A stretch of DNA of 64,000 bases, taken from Lingula anatina. Lineage: Eukaryota > Animalia > Brachiopoda. A program made the translations under genes and the position numbers. The stretch covers positions 17,980,001 through 18,044,000 of the forward strand of contig CM120642.1 of assembly GCA_051362555.1 (NCBI GenBank), written 5' to 3'. Positions 10,830 to 23,001 of the stretch are shown here, one piece after another. The notes under the pieces are model-generated. The model saw only the letters and a list, made by a program, of their open reading frames with translations. It was not told the DNA's origin and searched no databases. Position 1 is the stretch's first letter, and each line of letters starts with the position of its first letter.

Positions 10830-13800
10830 AAATTTTTACAGTCTGCGTCATAAACCTTTCATCTTATTGGCCATTCGGATATTAACTCTCCTAAAATCTA
10901 TTGGTCTGAGTCAGGGTTCATATTTTCAATAAAACAGAATTGCAATTTAATATAATTATCAACAAGACCATGACATTTTAAGAATCATGTTGTAATAGTT
11001 ACATTGAAAAGTAAATCAAATTAAAAGCTCATTTGAAAACTTAAAATTCTAACGTTTTAAGGCTAGTAGGTTGGGTGGAGCGAAGAGGTAAAGAGAGAAA
11101 CTAATGTCTTGAAATTTGTTTTTAAGTTGAGGTAGTAAGCATTGGCGACCGCCTGGCCTGATGAAAGCCCACTTAAACTAGGTTAAAATGAGAGCCCTTG
11201 CCTAGTTGTGACACCACTGGGATTTAAAAACCCTTCAAGGTAAGATATGGGCCAAGGTAGGGTGAAAAATTGTCATTCATTCTATAGATATTACAAATAC
11301 TTGGTCAACTTTTCTCAGGTTCATTAAAGATTCAATCAAATGAAAAGCTCTTCTGAAAATTCTAATGGTCATAACACTTAAGTCACACATTCTGAAAATT
11401 TTACTTGTCCAAGCAATAATTAGTATTTCAGTCATTGATTACACAGAAAATTGAAATTTTGATAAAACAAAAGCTTGGCAATTCAATAAACAGTCTTGGT
11501 AATAATTGGAAGTGTTGTCGTTTTAGACAACAAAAAAGGAGACGAGCCCCTGGAAAATCCCAGCGTGAAAACAAAGTGGCTAGACAGCAAGAAGTGCAAC
11601 GACCTGATGATGCTGGGTTTGCCTTGGAAGAGCACAGACAGTGACTTTCTTCTCACAGTTTGGTGAAGTCATCATGGCACAGGTACTCACTGCTACTCCT
11701 TAAGACCACTGGTATGGATTTCACGAAAGAAGTATTTTAACTCAGTCTTTAATTTTAGGCCAGAAGTATAAAAAAGGAGCTGCCCCGAGTTACTACTGGT
11801 ATCAATTGATAGCGGTTACGTTTTTGTAATAAAACCCAATACTATTTTAAGTGTACTGCTAGCGTTGTAGACTGCTTTTGATGCACAAATTTTATGAAAA
11901 TAAAACCAACTAAATCTTTAAACTAAATCTATATTAATAGAAAACGAACATCTAATCATAATTATTCAAAACATGTTATTTATGCTAAAAAGTTCATAAA
12001 TATTTGGAGGTGTGTGATTGATAACATTGTTGGAGCTCGGAACACTTTCAAGAGGCAGCCCACTGTCACTTGGAATGAATTCCTTCAATCCTTGACAATT
12101 AATAACATTCAAAACATGTTTTTGGTAGACAGTATATTAACCACAAAAATGTTTTTCTTCGGCCATTGAACACACTTGGGATAAACGACTTTTTCAAAAT
12201 TGGTACAATGGGGAAGGGAAATATAGGGAAAACTATTAACAATTCTCCTTTTTGTTTTCAGAATGCAATTATGGCAATTCCAGATAGAGCTCCCATTTTT
12301 CGTAAGAAGTGCAAAAATAGGGGCAGATTTTATTCATACCAATCAATTCTGGTGCCTGGGTAATGATCCCTGCCACGGACTGTTTATAAGGTGGCTCCCT
12401 GGGGAACATCAGAAGCGTATGGTGTTTCACTGAAATGGAAACCTTTCACCCCGCAATAGGTAACTCGTGTTATTGGGAAGAGTAATACACTAGTCATTTT
12501 CTCTCGTTACGGAACTGGACAACAGTTCACGTTTGATCATGTCTTAACATTTTGAAGTCAGATTTAAAACAAGCATCTAATTATAATTCTTGAAAACTTA
12601 TTTTTGCTAAATAGTCGGTTTATATTTTGGGTGAGTGAGGTTGATAACATTGTTGTCGTGTCATTGCATATATTTCCTTGTATTCCAAGTTTCTTCTTGG
12701 TAAAGCATAGAAAACTCATTAATCCGTTTTACTTTGTTTACAGAAATCAAGGTGACTGCATTGTAGGAAGCGTCCAAGGAGTCCTGCCAGGGTCTGTCTG
12801 CGAGGTGGCTGCATTGGAGGAAGCGTCCAGCGAGGCCTGCCATGGGCTGTCTACGAGATGGCTACATTGGGGAGGAGTCCAAGACATATGATGTTTCACT
12901 GAGATGGAAAATCCTTAAAGGTATTGTGTCACTGGGATGGGGGGGGGGGGGGGGGGGGGGGAGGATAGAAAACTCGTTAATTTGTTTTACTTTGTTTACA
13001 GAAAGCAATGTGGCTGCATTGCGGGAAACGTCCAGTGAGTCCTGCCAGGGTCTGTCTGCGAGGTGGCTGCATTGGAGGAAGCGTCAAAGGCATATGTTTC
13101 ACCAAGATGGAAAATCCTTCAAAGTATTGTGTCATTGGGATGGGGGGGGGGGAGGATAGAAAACTCGTTAATCCCTGTTACTTTCTGTTTATGAGGTAGC
13201 TGCATCGGTGGAGGTAGCCAGCAAGACCTGCCATGGTCTATCTTCAAGGTGGCTGAATAGGAGGAAGTGTCCAGCGAGGCCTGCCATAGGGTGTCCATGA
13301 GGTTACTGCATTGGAGGAAGCGTTCAGCGAGGCCTTCCATGGTCTGTCTACGAGGTGGCTGCATTGGAGGAAGCGTCCAGCGAGGTCTGCAATGGGTAAG
13401 TGTTCAAGACATATGGCGTTTCACTGGCTCGATGATGTAAATTCTCAATAGAGTTCCCACTGTCAACCTCAAGGTAACGCTTATTATTTGGGAATAGAAA
13501 TAGAATTTTTCGTTGCAGTTTTTTCCATAAACCGATCGATCACCTTGCTGGCCATTCGGACCTTAACTATCCTAAAATCTACTGGTCTGAATCCGGGTTC
13601 AGTTGTCCGAATAAAAATAAATAAAACTGGACTGGATTGCAATATAATATTATTATTAACAAGGCCTCGACATTTTTAGAATCATGACGTAACAGTTACA
13701 TTGAAAATGAAATTAAATAAAAAGCTTTTTTGAAAACTTAGACAAAAGTCTAACAGAGAATTAAAACATAGATAAAACAAAAGCTTCGTAATTCAATAAA

Positions 13801-14170
13801 CGGCCTTAGTAATAACTGGAAGTGTTACCGTTTTAGACAACAAAACGAAAAGGAGATGGGACCTTGGAAAATCCCAACGTGAACACAAAACAGCTTGTCA
13901 GCAAGAAGTGCAGTGGCCTGATGGTGCTGGGTTTACCCTGGAAGAGCACAGACGATGACTTTCTTCTCACAGTTTGGAGACGTCATTATGGCACAGGTAC
14001 TCATTGCTACTCCTTAAGACCACTGTTATGGATTTCATGAAAGAAGTTTTTTTAGTTAGTCTTCAATTTTAGATCCAAAAGATAAAAATGGAGCAGTGCA
14101 AAGATATAACTGGTATCAAATGATAGTAGTTGCTTTTTTTGTAATAAAGTGTGTTTTAGTGCTTAAGTCT
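10830..14170 (+). repeat. Diverged direct segmental duplication (~10830-11870 vs ~13500-14170)
   Basis: Colinear shared blocks such as TGGCCATTCGGA...CCTAAAATCTA, GATAAAACAAAAGCTT...GGAAGAGCACAGAC and ATGGCACAGGTACTCA...CCTTAAGACCACT. The first copy has about 400 extra bp. Confidence 0.9.
12706..13430 (+). repeat. Higher-order array of the same 52-bp unit in three modules separated by G-runs
   Basis: Modules of [ATAGAAAACTC leader + 1-4 diverged 52-mers + CATAT..GTTTCAC tail] start at ~12706, ~12965 and ~13155; poly-G at 12939-12961 and 13142-13152. Confidence 0.88.
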
Positions 14171-17140
14171 TCTAGTGGTTTAAACGCCGTTGTATTTTTC
14201 CTTTTCCTTTGTTAAAACTGTAATTTTTGAGTCTGAAGTAAAGCCTTATGAAAACCAAAATATTTATTACTTTTTTAAAAGTTACTTTTTAAAAACGTCT
14301 TGTAAATACCAGTGAGCAACATGTTCTTTGTTGTAATTACTGCAAGCTTTCCATTGCTTTTCAAACATTTGTGTGAAAGTTGCATCTCATTTGTACCCTG
14401 TAGGCTACGAATGGGGAGTTTTCCAGAAACGATGTCCAAACGCAGATACCTTCAATCCTAGACCAAATGTCCAAGATGCACTAGCAACAAGCACCTGTGG
14501 CCACTTTCATTGATGATCGGATGCCCTAGCAGTCTTTAAAAGGACACAGATTGTTCTGCAAACAAAATTAGAGAATGTGGAATGGTAGTGAAGAGCGCTA
14601 TCCTGAATGTAAGAGGAATACTGGTGCAATCTAGTTATGTGCCCAAGTCTCTTGGATATTGAGATTTTTTGCGGTTCATAGATCAGACATGAGCGGAATG
14701 AAATTGCATTTAGTTTTTTTTTTTCACTTATGACAGTGAGACATTTTATTTTTTAAAATAGCTTAAATGAAAACTGAAGTTCAGGATGATCATCCTTAAT
14801 TCCATTAATGATCAATTGAATAAGATGAATTGTGGTTCTGTATGAAATTTCTAAGCCTGCATCTACAGTTATTATAACTATTTTAGAAATTAACATCGAA
14901 TATCCAGTTTTGCTTTATCCACATTCTCAGTGCAAATCACAATGTTCTGCTCACAAAAACATCAGTATTTTACCACCACTTATGGTCGTCTGTGTTTTAT
15001 CTAAATCTTAGTGAGGTAGTCCTTTTTCATATTTGTGCTTTTGATGATGTGGAGTTGTTCGTCAGTATAACGTTTGAGAAGATCATAACTAACCCGCACA
15101 CTAATTATAACTAACCCACCTTCACAACTATGTAAAATCTGACTTGGTGTAAATGCTTTTACATGGAGGTTTTACATTGATGGCTTGTGCAAAATCTGTG
15201 ATGAAATATTTTACGTTGGAGAAAATATTACATTACATTTTTGCACAGTCTGTGCCTCGTGAGGGATGGCTGGGTGCACACAGTCGTCTCTCAAGATAGA
15301 GGATAGCACATTACTAATATTTTGATTTTCTCAAGTGTTATGATTGACAAACATATCCACTTCATCACATATGCACCTTTTTCTCCGGCTCATAAGAAAC
15401 TATGATGAAATTTACATGGACGATCGTAGAGTGTAATGTGATATCTGAAATATTTCGAAGCAAGCTTGCTTTATTCTTTACTTGTATCATAGAGGTCTTT
15501 GCGATTTCAGGGCAAAATTACATTTTAGAAACTTCCTATATTAAGCTGTCACATGTTAAAGTTAAGTTTAAATCATTGAGGTACCTGGGTAATAATCTTA
15601 TTACCTGAACTTGTTATGTATTTTACAGTATAAAGAACTGTTATCACGTTTTGAAGGATGCTTTCAGTTGTTAAAGGATTGAGTAACTTTATTCATGGCT
15701 TCATTCCCTTGGATAAAGTTAAAATTAGTCTCGGTTAAATTGTGATAAGTCTCTAGTAAATGTTTTAATTGGCTTCAGTACCACTTCTCTAAGAATTATT
15801 TTGATAAATCCTCGTGCTTCATCTCGTGTATAGTATATATAGAGAATAGTTTGTAGTCACGAGAAAGTTTATTCAGTCACACCATGCTGTCTAAAATTGG
15901 ACGATATTCTTAAACTATAAGGTACCGTGCCAATGAATAAACCGATGCTGACATGGTATAAAGACTGAAGTATCTAGGCGTGGGCACTTTCCCGGCATTC
16001 CCCACGAAGGGTTTAGACGGGTTTTTCCCCACGGCCCGCAACCATCGGATACCAGCTTCCGACCACAAGACCAGCACTGTCGGACTGTATGCGTTCTGAT
16101 GTTACATGAAAAAGACGGGGATGGAAAATCTTGAAACTTTCAATAATACTACAATTTATTGATTCATTGCGTTCGCATGATTCATAAATGATTACCAAAG
16201 TACTTTTGATATCGAATAGATGAATAAAAATATTCTAGAATTTTCTTTTTGTTAAAAAAAAACGGAAGGCGTGTACAGACGGCAAAATAATCACCAGACC
16301 ACAGCTATATTTTAAATGAGTTGCATCAGTTATTTATCAGCCGAAATTCTCTTGTCTTCAATTGTTTGCGATTTCTGTCACATTGATTTTTTCCATAATG
16401 TCCAGGTAATGAAATGATTTTTGGTTTTGGAAACAAAGCTGCGGTGTTGCATAATTTTTTTTCTCCAGGAATAACTCGAGCCGACACCAAGACCTTCCCG
16501 AGGCGGATAAGTCCCTAGAACTATCTTGCATAAATAAATCCCGCTGTAGATACAAGAATCCAACACCTCTCGATTTTATTGAAGGGGGACATTATATAAA
16601 GGGGCAGATCCAGGATTTCTTAGTGAGGGGTTCGTTTTTATTGCCTCCCCCCCCCCCCCCCCACCCACCACTCACACACACGAAAAAAAAAGCATTTTTC
16701 AAAACTTCAAATTTTTTCTAGATTTATTACCGTCTACATCCACACATAGCCAGTTTGGACAAATGACAGTAAGCCTAAACCTCCTTTAAAAAACATGAAT
16801 TTATACTTGTCTGCTTTGTGAGGATTCCCATGTTGGCCACCCAGACGCCTTTGGTTGGTTAAAAGAATTCATTTTAATCATTAAAACTAGCAAGAATTAT
16901 TATGATATATATTTATATTTAAGAGACGTAAAATTTATATCTCTACTCTTCATGATATTTTTCAACATTGAAAAGGCGATATTAGCGCGGCGTAAATTTC
17001 TAAAACCGAGGCAAATGCACTAGCTACATGTATTACGAGTTTATCAAGGTAAACAAGGCTTTATAACTCAGATTTGTTTAATATTTGAGCGAAATATATA
17101 ATGATGACGGGTTTGATGCTAAATAATGACAAGCTTACAC

Positions 17141-17179
17141 CAAGGAGTTATAACAGAAGCCTTCTGTTATAACTCCTTG
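17141..17179. mobile_element. 39-bp perfect palindrome with 7-bp TSD (TIR-only mini-transposon, P-element-like ends)
   Basis: CAAGGAGTTATAACAGAAG-C-CTTCTGTTATAACTCCTTG flanked by CTTACAC at 17134-17140 and 17180-17186. Confidence 0.85.
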
Positions 17180-17614
17180 CTTACACCAACAGACATACAT
17201 AATGTATTTAATTTGTCATTGATCAACTAAAAGAGGCTTTTTGTTTTTGGTTGAGGGTTTTTAAAAAATTGATAAGGTTTTGAAAGCCCGTTCTTCAGTA
17301 TCTTAAGAGTGTCCGAGATGAAACAGTGCCTATAAAAAGAGATGTTGTTTTTTTGTTGGAAAACCATAGCTTTTTTTCTTTCTTTCTTTCTAGTCTGCCT
17401 GACTAAAGGAAATGATGATCTATCTTAAACATTTACTCGATAAAAAACACACAGTACAAAAGGGAAAATAGAGTTGATACCATATACAAGACTCCTCATC
17501 AAAGAAGCATCAACTTAATCCAAATGTTGTTTAAGCCTATAACGGCCTACTATTCTGCCAACCTTTGTCTATATAACTGATTTTATGTATATCAGCATAA
17601 GATAGACCTATACA

Positions 17615-20502
17615 TCAAGTAGGAGGAGGTCCAAGGTGACGTAGATCCAAATATCTGGAGAACTCACCCGAGAAAAGCGCGTCCAGGGCACTCTCCACCC
17701 CAGCGCTCCCATTGAAATCCAGATAAAAACGCGCGCATGCATTAAATAAGAAAACTGTTGATATCACCAGGAGAAAAATCAAAACAATTTCTGCCGAATA
17801 TAGCAGTCTCTGAGAAGGAAAAATCTGCTTGAAAGTCCCGGTGTTGGTTGGTCTGGTTTTGGATCCACAGATAGCTGTTTTGCTATTACTAGACGGTGGA
17901 TTCAAATAGGTCTTGCCACGGTCATGACGAAGTACTTTTTCTTGATCGCGTGGTGCCTCTGACGAAAGAATGCCGCTTTTTTCTTCGTTGAAGAATCGTC
18001 TATACATTTGTGGTTCCTCGGAGACATTTTGGCGAAGATCGCGGACGCCCGCCCCTGTACATTCGTGAAGAATCTCGGGAGAATATTCAATGACATGTTG
18101 GTTTTTTGCGCCTGTCGCTAATATGCGTTGCTGCTCTTTTTCACGTTTCACAGCGCTCTGTAGAGTACCGCATTCTGGACAATGCCCAGAATCACTCACC
18201 TGGTCTTGTTTTTTGTAATCGACCTTTGACAAAGTGGGGCTTTCCGACTGTTCAGTACAGGCATCACTGCGTACTTTTATGTCTGGACTGGTGTAACTGG
18301 TCTCAGTTCTGTAATGCCGCTTTCGTTTTTTGTGTTTCTCTTTCGGATCCAGTGGCGACACCTGTACACGTCGCGCGCCAGTAACATGGACCGGCGGAGC
18401 TTCGAGGACGTTTCTTGAATCGCGTTCAATCCATTTACACATGACGGAGAAAGGTGGGCTGGTCGAAGGGGAGTCTGGAACGAACAAGCCAGTTTTAATA
18501 GCGCGTCCTTCTCTTACGCCATGTTGAGCTTTTACCTTTTGCCTCGTGATTTGTTCACCAAGTCTATCATTCGGTTGGTTCTGGTCTGTAATTTGTGCAC
18601 CAGCCTCCGTCTTGTCAACCTCTACTAAAAATTCGTCAGAAGCAAGGGGGCGCACTGGAGTGCTTGTCTTGGGTATTTCTTGAATTTTTTCACCATTATC
18701 TTCTTCTCTCTGTACTTTTGCTTCAGTTGTCTGCACAAAAGCTTCCCCAGATTTTTCTATCCCAAGGCTTGGTATACTGTACTTTCTTTGCAAAGAACTA
18801 GCGACTACTTGTGACCCACCTTGGCGTTTTTCGACACATATATTATTGCTATATAACCCATCAGAAGAAATATCCAACGGCTCCGTAAACAAATATGAGT
18901 GATCCGAGAAAGATCTGGACAGTAAAGAATGGTCGAGGCTGCGGCAATACGAATGGAAGCTTCGAGTTTTCTTTCTCCCCAGTGGCGTGCTTTCATCCTT
19001 GTCTTTAGTGGCGCCAGATGCAGACGCAGCATCGGCTGATGGTCCTATGATTTTATTGATTACATCTATTGGTTGCCAACGGGGTGATGGCACAAATGGC
19101 GATTGCGTCTCGACTATCTTGGTGGGACGGGTCTCGTGAGACGTGTCAGCTGTTTGGGTGAACCGTTCACTTACGGTTGGAGTGGCGTTCACGGCTGTAG
19201 AGCTCAAAGCCACTTGAAAAGGTCTTAAAAGAAAAAAAAATTAAAAGTTATCAACACCATAATATCGGTTTTCTTCCCCTATCTAAAATTGTGAAATGTA
19301 GGAAGTATATGTAATTCAGATTGTTTTATTCTCATTTATTTTGTAACTACATATTGATCAATATGACAGAGGGTTATGCAATAACAGTATAAATAAAGAT
19401 TCTGCTTTTTGTATTTAAATAAAACACACAAATGCCCAATACTGAAAAGACCTATAGCAAAAGTTTCTTCTTTCTCTACCCACCTTTCTTTACTTGGACT
19501 GTTGGTTTCACAAGAGCTGAAGGAATTGCTTTCTTTGGTTTGAGTTTCACTAAAACTCGTCACATTCTTCACCAAAGTCTGTAACTCCGAAGCAAGCTGA
19601 GCCTCTTTTCGAGTAGAGCCTAGTCTTTCCGAGGCGGACGAAACTTGGTAAATCATATCCTGGAGCTGGTCAATCTGTTGTGCCATTGGTTGTCTAGGAA
19701 ACCAATCAGAGGTTCTGCTGAGTTCATCAAAAGGTGCCATACTTTCTTCCAACATGGAGTTCTGCAAAAGAAATTGAAAATATTAAAAACTGCAATAAAA
19801 AACGATGTTAGAATATTACTTGTGCTTCAAGCATTGAAGAAAAAAGAACATTAAATTAGAAAATTGAGCATAAACGCTAGATGATGCACCAGGGTTGTAC
19901 TTTCAGTAACATTATAAACGAAATTCTCATAAACTTGACGAAATAAAATGTATTGAATGTTGTGCATATTTTCTGAGGGTGAGTTGGTGTATAAATTCCA
20001 TGTGCTGTTCCTGTTGCGAAATAAAACAAGGCAGTCGCGTCAACAGCATACCTGCATTTCCGTCAAAAGCCGACCAATGTTCTGCTGTATTTCATCCTTC
20101 TCGTGTTTTCGAATAACCAGGTTTCTCCTAATACTGGTATTGGTGTACCGACTAAGCTTTTTAGCCACTTCTTTCATTGAACAATGTAACCCTGGAAACA
20201 AAGAGATGAATTTTACAATACAACAGGTATGAAAAAAAAAACATTTTTTGCTCTGTTTAATAATTACATGAACAGTTTTATGGCGAAAGGAGTCACCGGG
20301 ATACTCGGTACGGGCAAGGAAATTATAAATATGCTACAAGATTTAAAAAATTAAACTAACGTAATGAAAATTAACTGAAAACGAAGATAAAATTATTAGA
20401 GTTGGGTGTGCAGATGATGTTTTCGGTTTCTGTGTACGTCATGTATTTATTTTTACTTAACGTAGCGTTATTATTATTATAATTATCAATTTCTTTCACC
20501 CA

Positions 20503-20533
<31 letters not shown>

Positions 20534-21006
20534 ATTAATTAATTCAAAAACAGACGTGTGTTAACAAACATACCATGGAGCGCACCGGGTGGAGAGGTCG
20601 AAGTTTCATTATGATGGAGATCATCAGGGTAAGTTGGCTTCGATGGCAGGGGCGAATGTCGAATCTCGCCCTCTTCTCTCTTGACCAAACTCATATTAGT
20701 ACTCGACGCTGCTGAAAGATTTTTGGAGGTCGACCAATTTGTAAACTTCAGAATAGAAGAAATGTCTGTTATAGCCGATTTTATGTCATCGAAACCACAA
20801 CTACGTTGGTTTCCAAAAGTAGATTTAGACAGTATTCGCTCGCCTCTCTTTTTGTCAGTTTGAAAATATATTTTCTCGACTTGATTTTCTCCCCTAAGTA
20901 GATGTATCTGTTTTTCCAGCAACAAACAAAACTTTTTCAAGCTGCTAGATTCCCAGTCGTGATCGCCTCTGGGAAGTAAGCTCGAATCTTGTCCGTTTCC
21001 TTTCAT
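17615..21006 (-). CDS. KASH-domain tail-anchored outer nuclear membrane protein (~819 aa; tail resembles KASH5/LRMP type)
   Basis: Exons 21006-20574, 20191-20052, 19761-19484 and 19223-17615 join in frame (2460 nt). Coiled-coil-like segments in exons 1-3, a long disordered region, one C-terminal TM helix (IVLIFLLVISTVFLF), and the end ...FSRYLDLRHLGPPPT-stop, which is the PPPX signature of KASH peptides. Confidence 0.82.
20502..20534. repeat. (ATAA)n microsatellite
   Basis: About 8 units in intron 1 of the KASH gene. Confidence 0.9.
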
Positions 21007-21069
21007 GTGTAGTGGTTAGTGCCATAATCAAATTATTTACAAGGTTTCCATGGTCACAAAACTTCAAAT

Positions 21070-21185
21070 TATTACGTCGAATTTCTTACGCATTACGTCT
21101 TATGGCACGACAAAGCGAAATTGCGTAAAACGTTATACGACATCATGATAGTGACGTCATAGAGAGCTTGTAATCAATGACGTCA
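21070..21185 (-). promoter_or_regulatory. Promoter with a bZIP site cluster upstream of the KASH gene
   Basis: Perfect CRE palindromes TGACGTCA at 21152-21159 and 21178-21185, TTGCGTAA at 21121, and TTACGTC twice nearby. Confidence 0.55.
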
Positions 21186-23001
21186 TAATTGTAGTTTAAT
21201 CAATGGGATTCTGGGAAAAAGATTATTGCAGGTAATACAATAGAATGTAAAAGAATTTGAAGATACTGTAATAATTATGTTAGAGTAACTGAAGATTAAA
21301 TGCACCATTTATTCGTTAGCCAGGTATACAGCGACTTAAGAAATACTTAAATGAAAACATTATCATCCTACATGTGACAATGTTATTGTCTTTTTCTTTT
21401 GTTTTACGCGAGGTAGTGAATACAGCACCGTTATAATCTTTCATGTTATTTCTTAACTACTTCCTAGTTGATACCCGAGTCGCTTTCTTTCCATTTCTAC
21501 CTCATTCGATCGCTAGCGGCCTTCTTTCCGTTTACATTACACGCAGTTGTATAAGTATCATAAGAGAGAGTGTGTCAATCAACTCAGTTCCTCTACAAAA
21601 CACTCCCCGTTTCTAATTTACTCGTGGCTGTCAATGACTAACATTACATTATCTCCCAGGGACGATATAGGCCTACCTGTCCCTAGGCATATTCAAAATT
21701 GAAATATACCTTCAAATAACCCTTCTTAAATACTCCAGTTTTATCATAAAATCGTGCAAAAATATAGCTAAGTAAATAACTTCTATATAATACACTAATA
21801 TATAAAATAGAAACACATTCAACATGAGACCAAAAATATAACTCAAAGGAATATAGATTGATAAATGATTGAAAAACGCTAGTTCGTGGACGTTTTTCGT
21901 ATAGACATGTCATTTACACTTTCTATGTGTGGCCCAAGAGTACTTTTTTCATACCTTATTCTACTATGACATTAACCTGTAACTCTCTTATTATGGCTCT
22001 GACATATTTCCTTATATACTGTTTTCTCTTACGTCATGATAGATGTTGTTGGAATGTACTACATGAGGTAATTGAGTCACCCACTCCCTGTGCAATGAAC
22101 AGCATTCATCACAACTTTGCGACCAGCACATCGTTGATAGTGAAGTATCTGCTTATCTTCATATTTATCCAAACTGTAGCGCTCTTTTTGGTGACTATGA
22201 GAGAAGCAATTGTTTACATAAAATTCAATCCACGATTGTATAAAATCATGCCGAGAAATAATAAAGACACAAAAATGTGAAAATAACCCTAAATGTATAT
22301 ATCATCGGTTTTATGTCATCGTCGTTACAAAATAAAAAAATAACTGTAATATGCAAAAATTGTCTGATCAAATATCGATAATCAATAATCATAAGATTGA
22401 TAAGCTGAATAAAGATATATTTATAATACGTCATGTATCTAATATTCATTACACAGTGCATAATGTGTCATTATAACCACGTGCAATAACATATGACTCT
22501 AATGTTGACTCATAAAATAAAAAAGTTCATCTTACACATATGAATAGTTTTGCATTTGGTATAGTTGCCCACATCCTCCAACATTTAACTCTAGCGGCCT
22601 TCTCTCCGTTAACATTACACGCAGCTGTATAAATGTTATAAGAGCATGTCAATTGACTCTACAAAGCACTCTCAATTCCTTATTCACTATTAAATAGCTG
22701 CCAATAAGTGACATTACATACAGAACAAAAGCTGGAAATCTTGGTGAGAAATCAAACTACAACTTTAGCAAAAAAATTAAGCGAAATATCTTTTTAACGC
22801 AAAGAGTTTCTTTTTTTACTAATTGTAATCGTTTATGCAAGTGGGCCTAAGAAATGCAGATATCTAAATAAACATGAACATACTTTATGCACCATTAAAA
22901 TTAACAGGGATCAATTTCTACTTAAAAGTGTTCTGTTTTATACAAATGAACAGTTTTTGACCATTTTCTCTTTTATAGAAGTATCTGTTGCTGGGATAAT
23001 G

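Larger units (their letters stand above)
10158..13430 (+). pseudogene. Probable decayed gene with duplicated exon-like modules; product unknown (hydrophobic, Cys-rich first exon)
   Basis: Follows the TATA/Inr. ORF 10158-10469 has hydrophobic stretches and CCCGQYCC. Modules start at acceptor-like TTTACAG/TTTTCAG and end at AAAG|GTA, but stops and frame changes prevent a continuous ORF. Confidence 0.3.

Noticed and set aside
10599-13430. 52-bp repeats as a CRISPR-like array
   Set aside because: Units are contiguous with no unique spacers, they diverge from each other, there is no cas-like ORF, and the context is an animal genome.
14400-14640. Possible coding remnant (recombinase-like LCP motif) on the minus strand
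   Set aside because: Stops in the frames I read and too little similarity to support a call.
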